Below are positions 21,001-23,912 of a stretch of DNA of 64,000 nt, one piece after another. Source of the stretch: an uncultured Planctomycetia bacterium. GTDB lineage: Bacteria; Omnitrophota; Gorgyraeia; Tantalellales; Tantalellaceae. The stretch's first letter is position 1. Each line of letters begins with the position of its first letter. The notes under the pieces are model-generated. The model worked only from the letters and a program-made list of their open reading frames with translations. It had not been told where the DNA came from and made no database searches. A program made the position numbers and the translations under genes. The DNA lies in NCBI GenBank assembly GCA_964572255.1, contig CAZNEE010000003.1, positions 182,539-246,538 on the forward strand, read 5' to 3'.

Positions 21001-23524
21001 GGCTATTCCTGTCAGTCACTGAAGCTCCGGCGGCTCTTAGGCCCTCCTCATAATAATGAATAGTTGTGGTGGCAATATCCTGAAGAGAATTAAAGGTAAG
21101 GGTATAGTCGGCGACTTCTTCGCCTTTTTGCCTGGTTTCGTAATCAAACCATGTCAAACTTGAGCGTTTAGTGTCGTCAAGAGGATCTGTGATACCGCCG
21201 TTATACACAACATTCTGGCTCATCTTATCCAGAACGCCGGCGTCTTCCGCCCTTACTCCATTGGGTCCGTATAAATAAACTGTCGTGGATTTCACATCCC
21301 CGTTACGGGTATATCTTTCACTGTAATCCACTACCTCTTCGCCTTTAAGACGGCCGTCAAAATCATAATAGGTGATAGAATCAACTTTATCTTCAAATCC
21401 GACTAAAGTGCCGTCGGGATTAACTGCCGCATCCATATCTACCGGATCGGGGCCCCGGTATGTGACAACGAGGCTTAATCTGCTCTCGACATCGACATCG
21501 GGCGAAGAAGCTTTATAATGATCTGCCTCATAAAGATATACCGTGGTCGAGACAAGGTCCTGTCGCGAGTTATATTTTTCAGTATGGCTTCTTACCTCTT
21601 CCCCTTTATCCCTGTTCTCATGATCAAAATATGTTATGCTCACCAGGTCCTCTTCATACCCGTCCAGCTTGCCGTCGGCAGGAGCCGCATCTGCCGTATC
21701 CGGAGGGATCTCCCCGCGGTACTGAACGGTCTTGGCCATCTTATCATCGGGCTCGGCAAATTCCGCTCTTATCACATTGCCGGTCAAATCTCCCGTAGTA
21801 AGATCCCGTTCAGCGTAGTAATAAAATGTCGTATCTGTCGGGATGCCGCCTGTTGTGTACTGGATAGTATAATCCGCGGTCTCCTCACCTTTAAGCCTGC
21901 CGATAAAATAATAAAAAGTGGCCGATTTCATTTTCGCGTCAGGATCGATATTGCTATCCTCATCCACGGCATCACCCCAATAAGTGATCGACTTCGACAT
22001 GGGCATATAGGGAGGCGCATCGGCGGCGCGCAGCTCCTCTTCACCATAAAAATAAACTGTCTCTTCTACCACTTCGCCATGCGAATAAGTCTCGGTATGG
22101 TCAAGCACTTGCTCATCCGCAAGGCGGTTCTCGGTATGATAATATGCTATATTCATGATCCTGTCTAAGTATTCATCATCGATCTGGCCGTCGCCGTCTT
22201 TATCAATATCGTCAGGGTCGACTTCCCCCTCAAAGGTAACGACTTTCTCCTGCGGATCGCTCGGATCCGCATCTTCTGCGCGTTTTCCGCCGAGATAAAA
22301 GGTGACCATCGTACGGGCGACTTCGCCGTTTTCTCTGAATGTCTGCGTATAGTCCTGCATTTCTTTATCTACTTCACCGGTATAATACGTTATGCTTGTC
22401 AGGACACCTGTACCATCCAGTAAAGCGTCCGCGTCACTAACATCTCTTGTTGAGTAAGTCCTTACCTCCCTTAATATCCTTTCCTCATCCCCCTCATCAT
22501 ATGGGTCGCCGTTCTCGTCCACGTAAACAAATTCCTGTCTGGTGGTTATCTTGCCCGTTATCTTATCGCGGGTTATGCGCATGGCGATCCTGTTCATATC
22601 GCCGTCCCCGTCAAAGAACGACTCTTCAATAAGTATCCAGCCGTCCTTACTTTCATCTTCGGGATCTTTCCCTCTTATGTAATATTTAAGGGTTTTTGAT
22701 ATATCATCGCCGTCGTACTCATAATCCGTGCGGTAAACCGGCTCGTATTCTTCAGCGCCTTCAGTATCCGGGTGCAGGTCCAGCGCATATCCGGAAAGGA
22801 TATGATCTATCTTCTCCTCATCCAGCATGCCTACATAGACAGTCTCTCTGATCTTGTGCTCATCTTCCGGATTATCAACATCGCGATACCCTATCCAGTA
22901 TTCCTCCCCTGTTTCCTCGTTTATTGTCTTTGTCGCGCCTGGCTCCCATCTTCTCCAGTCCTGAAGTGACTGGCGCGTAATATCGAAGGTCTCTATTTTT
23001 GAAAGGGTTTTCTGGTCTTCTAAATACTGCAGGTCGTTAAAAAGGTGCATATCCTCAATGGGGTCCTGCCCTGTCATGGTATATTCCGGTGAACCGACCC
23101 CGCCCGAAGAACCCTGTTTTTTCTTAAGGGGCACCGCTTCTTCCCCTTCTTGAACAGGTCTATCGAGAAGCTCCATCAGATCTTCCTTGCCCATTCTCTG
23201 ACGGATGATATCTTCGTGTCTTCTCTGCTGGCGTTTTAAATGAGACGGTGAGAAACGGTTTGTCTTGTCATATTCTTCCGGGGTAGGCAGGAGTTCTTCC
23301 GCAACACCGCTTTTTCTCTGATACCTATAAACATCTGAGAAACCTGTCTGCTGGATAAAAAATATAAATGCAACAAAAAAGGATATGGTTCTTAACCATA
23401 TCCTTTTTCTTCGAGCGGTTTGAACCTCGATAAAACCGCCTGTATATAAAGAATCATACCCGGTATCTCCGGTCATATGATCCGCTGAATAGACACTATT
23501 CTTTTTATCACCATTATTCTTCAT
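2..23524 (-). CDS. Giant-1: giant repeat-rich secreted/surface protein, at least 7841 aa, 3'-truncated by the window edge (absent from the ORF track)
   Basis: ATG at 23524-23522 preceded by AGTAGGTGTGAA (SD-like AGGTG); in-frame TAA at 23551-23549 upstream. Manual translation: MKNNGDKKNSVYSADHMTGDTGYDSLYTGGFIEVQTARRKRIWLRTISFFVAFIFFIQQTGFSDVYRY... The same frame is still open at the left edge (...MEVVNKAVTPADPFFNISE). The track lists no closed ORF in this frame, which it would if an internal stop existed. The many short plus-strand ORFs here are antisense shadows. Confidence 0.93.
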   Translation of the reverse strand, partial: MKNNGDKKNSVYSADHMTGDTGYDSLYTGGFIEVQTARRKRIWLRTISFFVAFIFFIQQTGFSDVYRYQRKSGVAEELLPTPEEYDKTNRFSPSHLKRQQRRHEDIIRQRMGKEDLMELLDRPVQEGEEAVPLKKKQGSSGGVGSPEYTMTGQDPIEDMHLFNDLQYLEDQKTLSKIETFDITRQSLQDWRRWEPGATKTINEETGEEYWIGYRDVDNPEDEHKIRETVYVGMLDEEKIDHILSGYALDLHPDTEGAEEYEPVYRTDYEYDGDDISKTLKYYIRGKDPEDESKDGWILIEESFFDGDGDMNRIAMRITRDKITGKITTRQEFVYVDENGDPYDEGDEERILREVRTYSTRDVSDADALLDGTGVLTSITYYTGEVDKEMQDYTQTFRENGEVARTMVTFYLGGKRAEDADPSDPQEKVVTFEGEVDPDDIDKDGDGQIDDEYLDRIMNIAYYHTENRLADEQVLDHTETYSHGEVVEETVYFYGEEELRAADAPPYMPMSKSITYWGDAVDEDSNIDPDAKMKSATFYYFIGRLKGEETADYTIQYTTGGIPTDTTFYYYAERDLTTGDLTGNVIRAEFAEPDDKMAKTVQYRGEIPPDTADAAPADGKLDGYEEDLVSITYFDHENRDKGEEVRSHTEKYNSRQDLVSTTVYLYEADHYKASSPDVDVESRLSLVVTYRGPDPVDMDAAVNPDGTLVGFEDKVDSITYYDFDGRLKGEEVVDYSERYTRNGDVKSTTVYLYGPNGVRAEDAGVLDKMSQNVVYNGGITDPLDDTKRSSLTWFDYETRQKGEEVADYTLTFNSLQDIATTTIHYYEEGLRAAGASVTDRNSLNVVYSGEIADIQAATDARGILVGAEEQLSSMNYMHYEGRIKGEEINDYTERYNADQEVSRTVVYLYEAGLQRAAGSDTGDRMSRQVTYRGQIDPLNPDTEPDGVIDAHVSQLDSVSFFDFATRLKGEEVLDYTYNYDKTGTVVKNVSIYYYEGDKRAVDATPEDAMIQQDSHRTDSLASALADITTRKSSTFFDIHLGKGEEIGDFTYSYKPDGVTVKTVNILYYGDNDDRASVSESYFPLSKQDSHDAASITEAVNNIDTRISTTRFDTHLGKGSEVSDYTYSYASNGTTVTSVGIFYYEGDKRASAAFLADAMIQQDTHRADSLQNALDDIETRRSSTFFDIHNGKGEEIADYSYNYAGNGTDVRTVNVFYYNGEIRASLASTNDEMVRQDSYRKSSIDEVDDTTFEDRKSSTYFDIHLGKGDEIADYVYSYASNGTTVRTVGVFFYDGGVRASLAGVDDPLVQQDTHRTISIDLVENDNRVSSTFFDTHLGKGDEITDYTYTYGAGGTVVRSIGVFYYEGGNRADLAGADDALIQQDTHKADTIGDVNNSNRKASTFFDIHLGKGEEIADYTYSYSDGVNVKSVGVFYYEGERRASVARAADAMIRQDSHKTDSIGNVALDNRRSSTYYDIHLGKGDEVADYSYSYASNGTTVRTVGVFLYEGNVRASLAVAEDAMIQQDTHKTDSINSIAEENRKSSTFFDIHLGKGDEISDYTYTYANDGTTVRSVGIFYYQGGVRASEAGLEDAMVQQDTHKADSIYEIADTNRKNSTFFDIHHGKGDEIVDYTYNYAGDGTTVRTVSVMYYEGNNRASLAGTDDALIRQDTHNITSISAVEDANRTNSTFFDIHHGKGEEVADYTYNYASDGITVRTVGVMYYEGDVRASLAKVEDAMVQQDTHKTDSISKVALDNRRSSTFFDVHLGKGDEVADYTYNYDSTGTVVRTVGVFYYQDDVRASLAEVTDALIQQDSHRTDSIDNVKDENRTSSTFFDIHLGKGDEIANYNYGYASDGTSVRTVGIFFYQGNVKASEASSEDAMIQQDTHKTDSISNVALDNRTSSTFFDIHLGKGEEIADYIYNYTSNGTTVKTVGVFYYQGDVRASLAEHEDALVRQDMHRTDSIGTIALDNRVNSTFFDPHLGKGEEIADYTYSYASNGTTVRTIGIMYYEGGERADLAEAEDAMIQQDTYAADKDHTDQDAIDYVDEVNKTNRKSSTFFEIHLGKGDEVADYTYSYASDGTTVRTVSVLYYEGEKRASEVGSQDALVRQDTHKADSIYNIADTNRKSSTFFDIHLGKGDEIADYTYSYAGDGTTVRNVLVLYYEGDNRANLAGSEDAMIRQDTHKTDSILKIADANRKSSTFFDIHLGKGEEITDYTYNYGGDGTTVRTVNIFFFEGERRASLARPEDAMIRQDTHKTDSIYKVADTNRVSSTFFDIHLGKGEEVADYTYNYAGDGTTVRTVGVFYYQGDKRASLAEVEDALSRQDTHKTGLISNAALANRRSSTFFETHLGKGDEIADYTYNYGGDGTTVRTVSVLYYQGAKRASLAGVEDAMIQQDTHKIASIFQVADTNRKSSTFFDIHHGKGEEIADYTYNYAGNGTTVRNVGIFYYEGGNRASLAGTEDAMIQQDTYKATEGHAGSDAISFINEASKENRRSSTFFDITHGKGGEIADYSYTYASNGTTVRTVNVFYYEDDNRASLAGSEDAMVQQDTHKADSIYKIADTNRKSSTFFDIHLGKGDEIADYSYNYAGDGTTVRTVGVFYYEGDKRASVAESEDAMIRQDTHKTDSIFQGAVSNRISSTFFDTTYGKGDEIADYTYTYSLDGTTVRSVGVFYYQGIKRASEAGTEDALVQQDTHKTDSIFKIADTNRKSSMFFDIHLGKGEEIVDYSYNYAGGGTTVRNVGIFFYQGGKRASEAGVEDAMIQQDTHKTDSIFKVAQTNRKSSTFFDIHLGKGDEIADFSYTYGSDGVSVRSIGVFYYQGEKRASLASVEDALIRQDTHKTDSILKIADTNRKSSTFFNTHLGKGSEIADYTYSYAGDGTTVRTVGVMYYEGDKRASVAGPEDALIYQDSHKTNSIGNVALDNRINTTFFDIHLGKGDEVADYTYTYASDGTTVRTIGVFYYQGGKRASEASSEDAMVQQDTHRAGSIYDIAETNRKSSTFFAVQHGKGEEITDYSYSYGSDGTTVRTVGVFYYVGGKRATLAESEDELIQQDTHKVDSIYKVAETNRRNSTFFDIHLGKGDEIADYSYNYSSNGTTVRTVGVFYYEAFKRASEASSQDAMIRQDTHKTNSIYSVTLTTRRSSTFFDVDHGKGNEIADYLYSYGGDGITVRTVSVFYYQGDIRASEAETEDALIRQDLHKTSAIDKIKYANRKSSTFFNTRFGKGDEIADFSYNYAGDGTTVRTVAVLYYEGGNRASGAAIEDAMEQQDTHKADSIYDIAQTNRKNTTFFATQLGKGEEIADYSYTYGLDGTTVRIVGVFYYHGGKRATLAEADDPLIRQDTHKIDSIFNIADTNRKSSTFFDTHLGKGDEIADYSYNYAGDGTTVRTVAVFYYEGETDPVRADLANVEDAMVQQDTHKIDSIYNVTTTTRRSSTFFDIHLGKGDEIADYNYSYGGDGEFVRTVGVFYYEGEPDPVRASLASVEDALVRQDTHKAGSIDLVENANRKSSTFFDTTHGKGEETADYSYNYGYDGSTVRTVSVFYYTGEKRASLSDPEGALIRQDTHIATSIWEVAQSNRKSSTFFNTRFGKGDEIADYSYSYASDGATVRNVSVMFYQDGKRASLASTEDALIQQDTHKTDSILKIANTNRKSSTFFDHRFGKGDEIVDYTYTYAGDGTTVRTVGIMFYQGAKRASEAEIEDALIQQDTHKTDSILNVALSNRKNSTFFDIHLGKGDEIADYTYNYGYDGETVRSIGIFYYKDTTALRASLASTEDAMVQQDTYKTTEGHTGSDAILFIDEVNKTNRKSSTFFDIHLGKGNEISDHTYNYGGDGVSVRSVGVFYYSGEKRASLAEAEDLLIRQDSHNASSVDLIAEGNRKSSTFFDTHLGKGDEIADFTYNYASDGTTVKTVGIFYYEGDKRAISAGSEDAMIQQDSYQTEEGERGDDAIDFIDTGTKEGRKSSTFFSIRFGKGDEVSDYTYSYASGGTIVKTVGIFYYQGIKRANEASSEDAMVRQDTHKTDSILNVSLSNRRNSTFFDIHLGKGDEISDYTYNYGVGGTVVRTVGVFYYQGDNRASVAGSQDALIRQDTYKVSHITQVNDATKEYRKNSTFFDIHLGKGSEIVDYTYNYGGDGTSVRSVGVFYYQGEKRANTAEADDVLIRQDTHVAASVDLAENANRKSSTFFDAHIGKGDEIADYTYSYGNDGTTVKTVGVFYYEGNKRASLASDEDSLIQQDTYEVGGIGEVNDTTKENRKSSTFFDITYGKGDEIADYTYSYALGGTIVKTVGVFFYDDNKRAGEASSEDALMKQDSHRADSILSITDTTRRSTTFFDVRLGKGDEIADYTYNYASDGTTVRTIGIFYYQGERRASEAGTEDAMIQQDSYKAAEGFTDQDAVDHIDIATKKERRSSTFFDIHFGKGGEIADYIYNYGSDGTSIRSVGVFYYYGEKRAFLAESEDVLIRQDTHITDSIDNIAIINRKSSSFFDAHLGKGDEIVDYTYNYGGDGSTARTVGVFYYLGEKRASESGVEDVMVRQDTHVATSIGEISEDNRKSSTFFDANLGKGDEIADYTYTYASDGTTVITVGVFFYEGGVRASAAGIEDAMIRQDTHKTDSILNISITTRRSSTFFDTHLGKGDEVSDYTYNYAADGTTVRTVGVFFYQGDKRASEANTSDAMIQQDTHKADSIFAAAVSNRKSSTFFYTGLGKGEEISDYTYTYGGDGATVRTVGIFYYQDTTQVRASLASTEDAMVQQDTYKTVVGFTGEDAINYIDEENKTNRKSSSIFDIHLGKGNEIVDYTYNYGGDGISVRTVGVFYYSADAKRASLVEAEDVMVRQDTHVTNSINTIADTNRRSSTFFSTVLGKGDEIADYSYSYRSDGTTARTVNIFFYQGGVRASEAGTEDAMIKQHTYETTSILLVADTNRKSTTFFDIHLGKGDEIVDYSYGYRSDGTTVRSVSISYYWGGKRASLAESEDAMIQQDSYKAVEGHEGDDAIQFIDEENKTTRTSSTFFDTRFGKGDEIADYSYGYKKGGTTVRTISIFYYQGEVRASLAGTEDAMVRQDTHKAFSIGEVAISNRRSSTYFDIHIGKGNEITDFTYNYAANGTTVAEVSIFYYVGEKRASAAEADDAMIRQDTYKATAGFTGEDAVDHIDPANIKSSTFFDIHLGKGDEIADYSFNYKNTIVTSRTTYFYHTDADNFARASDAGVTIDSYMTMTEARRGAFTTSSLKQVAYFRGDEKGEEQIAWSQEYKYHIEEVITTTIYEYNTDDSMKRSTVYKDDTVRIPSAPDYLAPDPGTLGLVKKSETWFQGDKGDEIADYTDMFKEDGTEIDVRTTYFYRTDSNRYEGAALASLDPNSYMTKSRAVRDPLGTQRLRQISYYENEERGEEQTAWSQEYNYMGDEVRTTTLYAYNSDGSMQSSTVYKDDTERGPPGVLDPAPRPDPADLGIKLSRTVFAGYKGEEIADYTDSFTASEDVYTRTRYFYYSPADRYARATETGVSPDSFMTMSEVRRGTDPAGALKQISYYENEEKGEEQVSWTQEYDYTGSNVITTTIYTYDPDDRNLKFTSVYKDDEVRTPESKNPKVDPPVVPVPPLGVLKSQTWFVGDKNEEIANYTDNYKGDGTTTDTRTYFYYFVDNTDKYIRATDSRVNPDSYMTKSVIIRDPLGADPRMKQVSYYRGDVKGEEQVDFSQDYKYDGLTVKTTTIFDYNDATDGSMKSSTVYKDTVERTPESDYPRTIPPSADLGAIKSQTWFVGGKGEEISNYTDNYKLSGNFDTRTWYQYHTDAERYAYATDSDIRPDSYITRTVTRRGQAPDALIKQETYYKNPVKGEELISWSQEYNYLATAIKTTTNYNYDAEDALVSTVVYRDEIGIVADYTSGTVAIDEDGLGDDDAVRRNMTVFVGDKGEEIADYASSYTNGIESVRTKYYYFASDANRYAEASDTQINVDSYMTKTISRRDPAGVNKLKQAAYYIGTEKGEEQIRWTQEYNFNENVKTTTIYEYGNIDDRLVRTTVYKDDTERGPAAPGDPAPAPDPVALSLEKESRTFYQLERGEEIIDYVINYKNDIEDSKITYYYNTDSDRYTQAADAEVYSYITRTINVRIRQSGQYTSQVSYYKNAEKGEEQISWSQEYSFNGTQVRTTTVYTYNPDDSLQKSTIYIDGEERFQDLGVEPPELGPEAEVFTLDKKSETVYHGDRGEEIIDYTDSFRNNALTTRTWYYYFINDSDDDHKYARASTPGIGPASYLTRTITTRGDDELTSPVKQISYYEGDEKGEERISFSQDYNASEEVRTTTLYVYDPANDNSLKYTTIYKDDVVRTPDSDNPHTIPPSAALGAKRSQTWYSGGKGDEITDYTDVFLPDESVFTRTWYYYYTDAGRYTEATAPDIRSDSYMTRSITVRGTDPLAVKQISYYEGEEKGEERLNWSQEYRYDGTTVKTTSKYTYRPDGSMEISTVYRKELGLSVDTDLGTFSIADPDAVMKISETYYHGYAGAELSHYTDNYKRDGETIDNRTWYYYFNFDPLKGRYSLADEEGVSEESFMTKSETRRGTDIADTLQQATYYRNEERGEEQVLWIYAYRTDGTNIRNTTIYYYDDAATGALTHTVTYNKKEGLDIDEDNGVINAVNEPPALRRTETWFVGALSYEIADYTISYSKEGRGAPGPDEFDNTQITVNFYGDGQQRASDTVFETPKVSSTTFNTEKLLEGDLITDIVPLVHSDYTTGRRSKTFFIGDYNEEISDYAWIYTSGDPVNKLHINQYLYAADYTTASNASRSDYMAKVVSRFAADEISSELDLIRTTLEDAYTYFEDEDYNQGENALDQAIAWVTDLHDRGEADRDFLDPLLQALDNARVLLPGQTYGEYHLGQISRAIELVIFGQTYGVVLSSETYYKGGVGEESTDMIAYYTHDENGMDYVSNTAIYLYYDDLNGDGWFDPGTETGYKRAHEAGTDYTDVQTIRTFEGDLRYFQSVRSDIYYDADGKMMQFSEEGRTSTGMYYEFTRENITYNEDGNIASYEESGRRGDQTYHFEMHDMEYDEKDRNIFSRRIEYEEFDEAALEASYQIAVNSREIRDALFYVVPMDPPMEAGVLPYLDTAHDQIVSAINRNWENKEQEFLRMMNDINNALNFLSNISTMLTNRLPLAQEIAQLDPSSDFVQTLQDAIDAVESMADECNVILSYWITPWPLDSAVIADISPRLQELEDQIDLVIPEVEGIYDQVVNLYNTHEDDYLLFLQGSEMSLDKMLMTEVTTVYTTEAGGDVAYINSVTQGISQPGMVTKTTSSIKYDKVGESLVNPTFIEGETYNYHLVEGGGEAFNLKHLIMNYHDHQGYETEYDALIAGAGDWGWIDRLVGNYYHVGILNTDTGINYGVNVGSIDFSRTLAEEYDERGNLVSQVIESGNVRDFGETTEEEIIHTTRRMTSTFEDPLSSRQSQEEGYSLAYPSMTKVLSERTTEDYYGDADQNNDGIIDGDAVRKTTTVNVFNISDTDISNPAHAPLQIESTTITEYLTDSDNSVESTEVHTYTYDSYPPATDADAYDPEEYDIRYEIAAEHIEKVGGSVLSGDTQTINELLQSEVYIDNNDLDADALINLSSVVNTYFESETVSYFWGDIFTGTWYYYDVIEAADEIIEWINDYGTYNGWYGTTHTITGPFGIKITYETNEGQQLAWQIINVLSAALTKAQTADQKAQEILNRDPSNPAYIALKQKTADAVSDIQDALDQWDQIDGEEPDLLDLVIDARNALSVAYATAIQALAEINNVRGIVATGVKDYEAATNPEFMDVTYHRDQTGDLLYTEKLADGEMDVDFFGINADVMEVVNKAVTPADPFFNISE
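3250..7900 (-). repeat. Alternating A/B variant repeat zone of giant-1 (about 10 pairs, roughly 440 nt period) with Pro-rich loops
   Basis: Units KGEEQ(I/V)xW(S/T)QEY (near 7786, 7347, 6911, 6452, 6012, 5566, 5135, 4679, 4242, 3797) alternate with units KG(D/E)EIxDYTDx(F/Y) (near 7567, 7127, 6680, 6228, 5783, 5341, 4906, 4456, 4020, 3575). Inserts include ERGPPGVLDPAPRPDPADLG and VRTPESKNPKVDPPVVPVPPLG. Confidence 0.8.
7900..20600 (-). repeat. Core tandem coding repeat of giant-1, 72 aa (216 nt), about 57 copies by manual count, with interspersed ~82-aa long variants
   Basis: Example unit (about 17330-17115): GKGDEVADYTYSYASDGTTVRTVSVLYYEGEKRASEVGSQDALVRQDTHKADSIYNIADTNRKSSTFFDIHL. The GKGxE anchor recurs mostly every 216 nt from about 20400 to about 8000, with 240-252 nt steps where a TYKxxxGxxGxDAIxFIDE-type insert is present. 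Confidence 0.92.
20600..22400 (-). repeat. Divergent N-terminal copies of the giant-1 repeat with Asp-rich Ca-binding-like loops
   Basis: About 7 degenerate units with (K/R)GEE(V/I/T)xDY anchors. Loops include DIDKDGDGQIDDEY (about 22215-22170, EF-hand-like), DAVDEDSNIDPD and DTEPDGVID. Confidence 0.7.
23336..23413 (-). other. Signal-peptide/anchor-like segment of giant-1 (aa 38-63)
   Basis: RRKRIWLRTISFFVAFIFFIQQTGFS: basic cluster, hydrophobic core and small-residue end, preceded by an unusual 37-aa extension. Confidence 0.65.
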
Positions 23525-23527
23525 TTC

Positions 23528-23546
23528 ACACCTACTAGCTTCCAGC
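23528..23546 (-). promoter_or_regulatory. Giant-1 ribosome-binding region; copy 1 of the GCTGGAAGCYRGTAGGTGT motif
   Basis: Minus strand reads GCTGGAAGCTAGTAGGTGT-GAA-ATG. It matches 18/19 to the plus strand at 30978-30996 and 14/16 to 30897-30912. Confidence 0.75.
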
Positions 23547-23610
23547 ACTTATTTATATCAAAGTTAAATACTTTTATTAATACTTTATAAAAAACTTAAA
23601 TAACATGCAT

Positions 23611-23639
23611 AAAAAAAAGAGATTTCCACATCTCTCCCC
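23611..23639 (-). terminator. Weak terminator/attenuator-like hairpin in the giant-1 leader
   Basis: Minus strand GGGG-AGAGAT-GTGGAA-ATCTCT-TTTTTTT: 6-bp stem (extendable by G-U pairs) followed by a U tract, located between the predicted promoter and the ATG. Confidence 0.35.
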
Positions 23640-23658
23640 TTTTTCCTGATACAGTATA

Positions 23659-23688
23659 ATTATATCATATATATAGGTGAAATGCCTA
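23659..23688 (-). promoter_or_regulatory. Putative sigma70 extended -10 promoter for giant-1
   Basis: Minus strand TGaTATAAT at 23667-23659 (perfect extended -10). A possible -35, TAGGCA, lies at 23688-23683 with an 18-nt spacer. The intergenic region is AT-rich. Confidence 0.55.
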
Positions 23689-23876
23689 AGAAAAAAATGC
23701 TAACTTTTTTTTACCTTACAAGACAGAGCTTAATAAGTATCCTTTTCCGGGATTATGAGTTATAAGTCCTTAAAAATGAAGAATTTAAGCAGCTAAATGT
23801 ACCTTTTTGTTGTTTTGCTTTTGCAATGAAAATTATTATCTTTCTCTAATACAGCTCGATCGTACCATAATATTTC

Positions 23877-23905
23877 TTGTTCTTCCGATAAACTTTAGCT
23901 ATACT
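23877..23905 (+). promoter_or_regulatory. Putative sigma70 promoter for the TMTC-like gene (probably leaderless transcript)
   Basis: TTGTTC (23877-23882), 17 nt, TATACT (23900-23905), with the ATG at 23913 only 7 nt further on. No SD sequence is present. Confidence 0.5.
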
Positions 23906-23912
23906 TTATGCG

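Noticed and set aside
938-22969. Dozens of 60-216 aa plus-strand ORFs, some similar to each other
   Set aside because: They are antisense shadows of giant-1. Their mutual similarity comes from the 216-nt coding repeat, and they have no recognisable domains.
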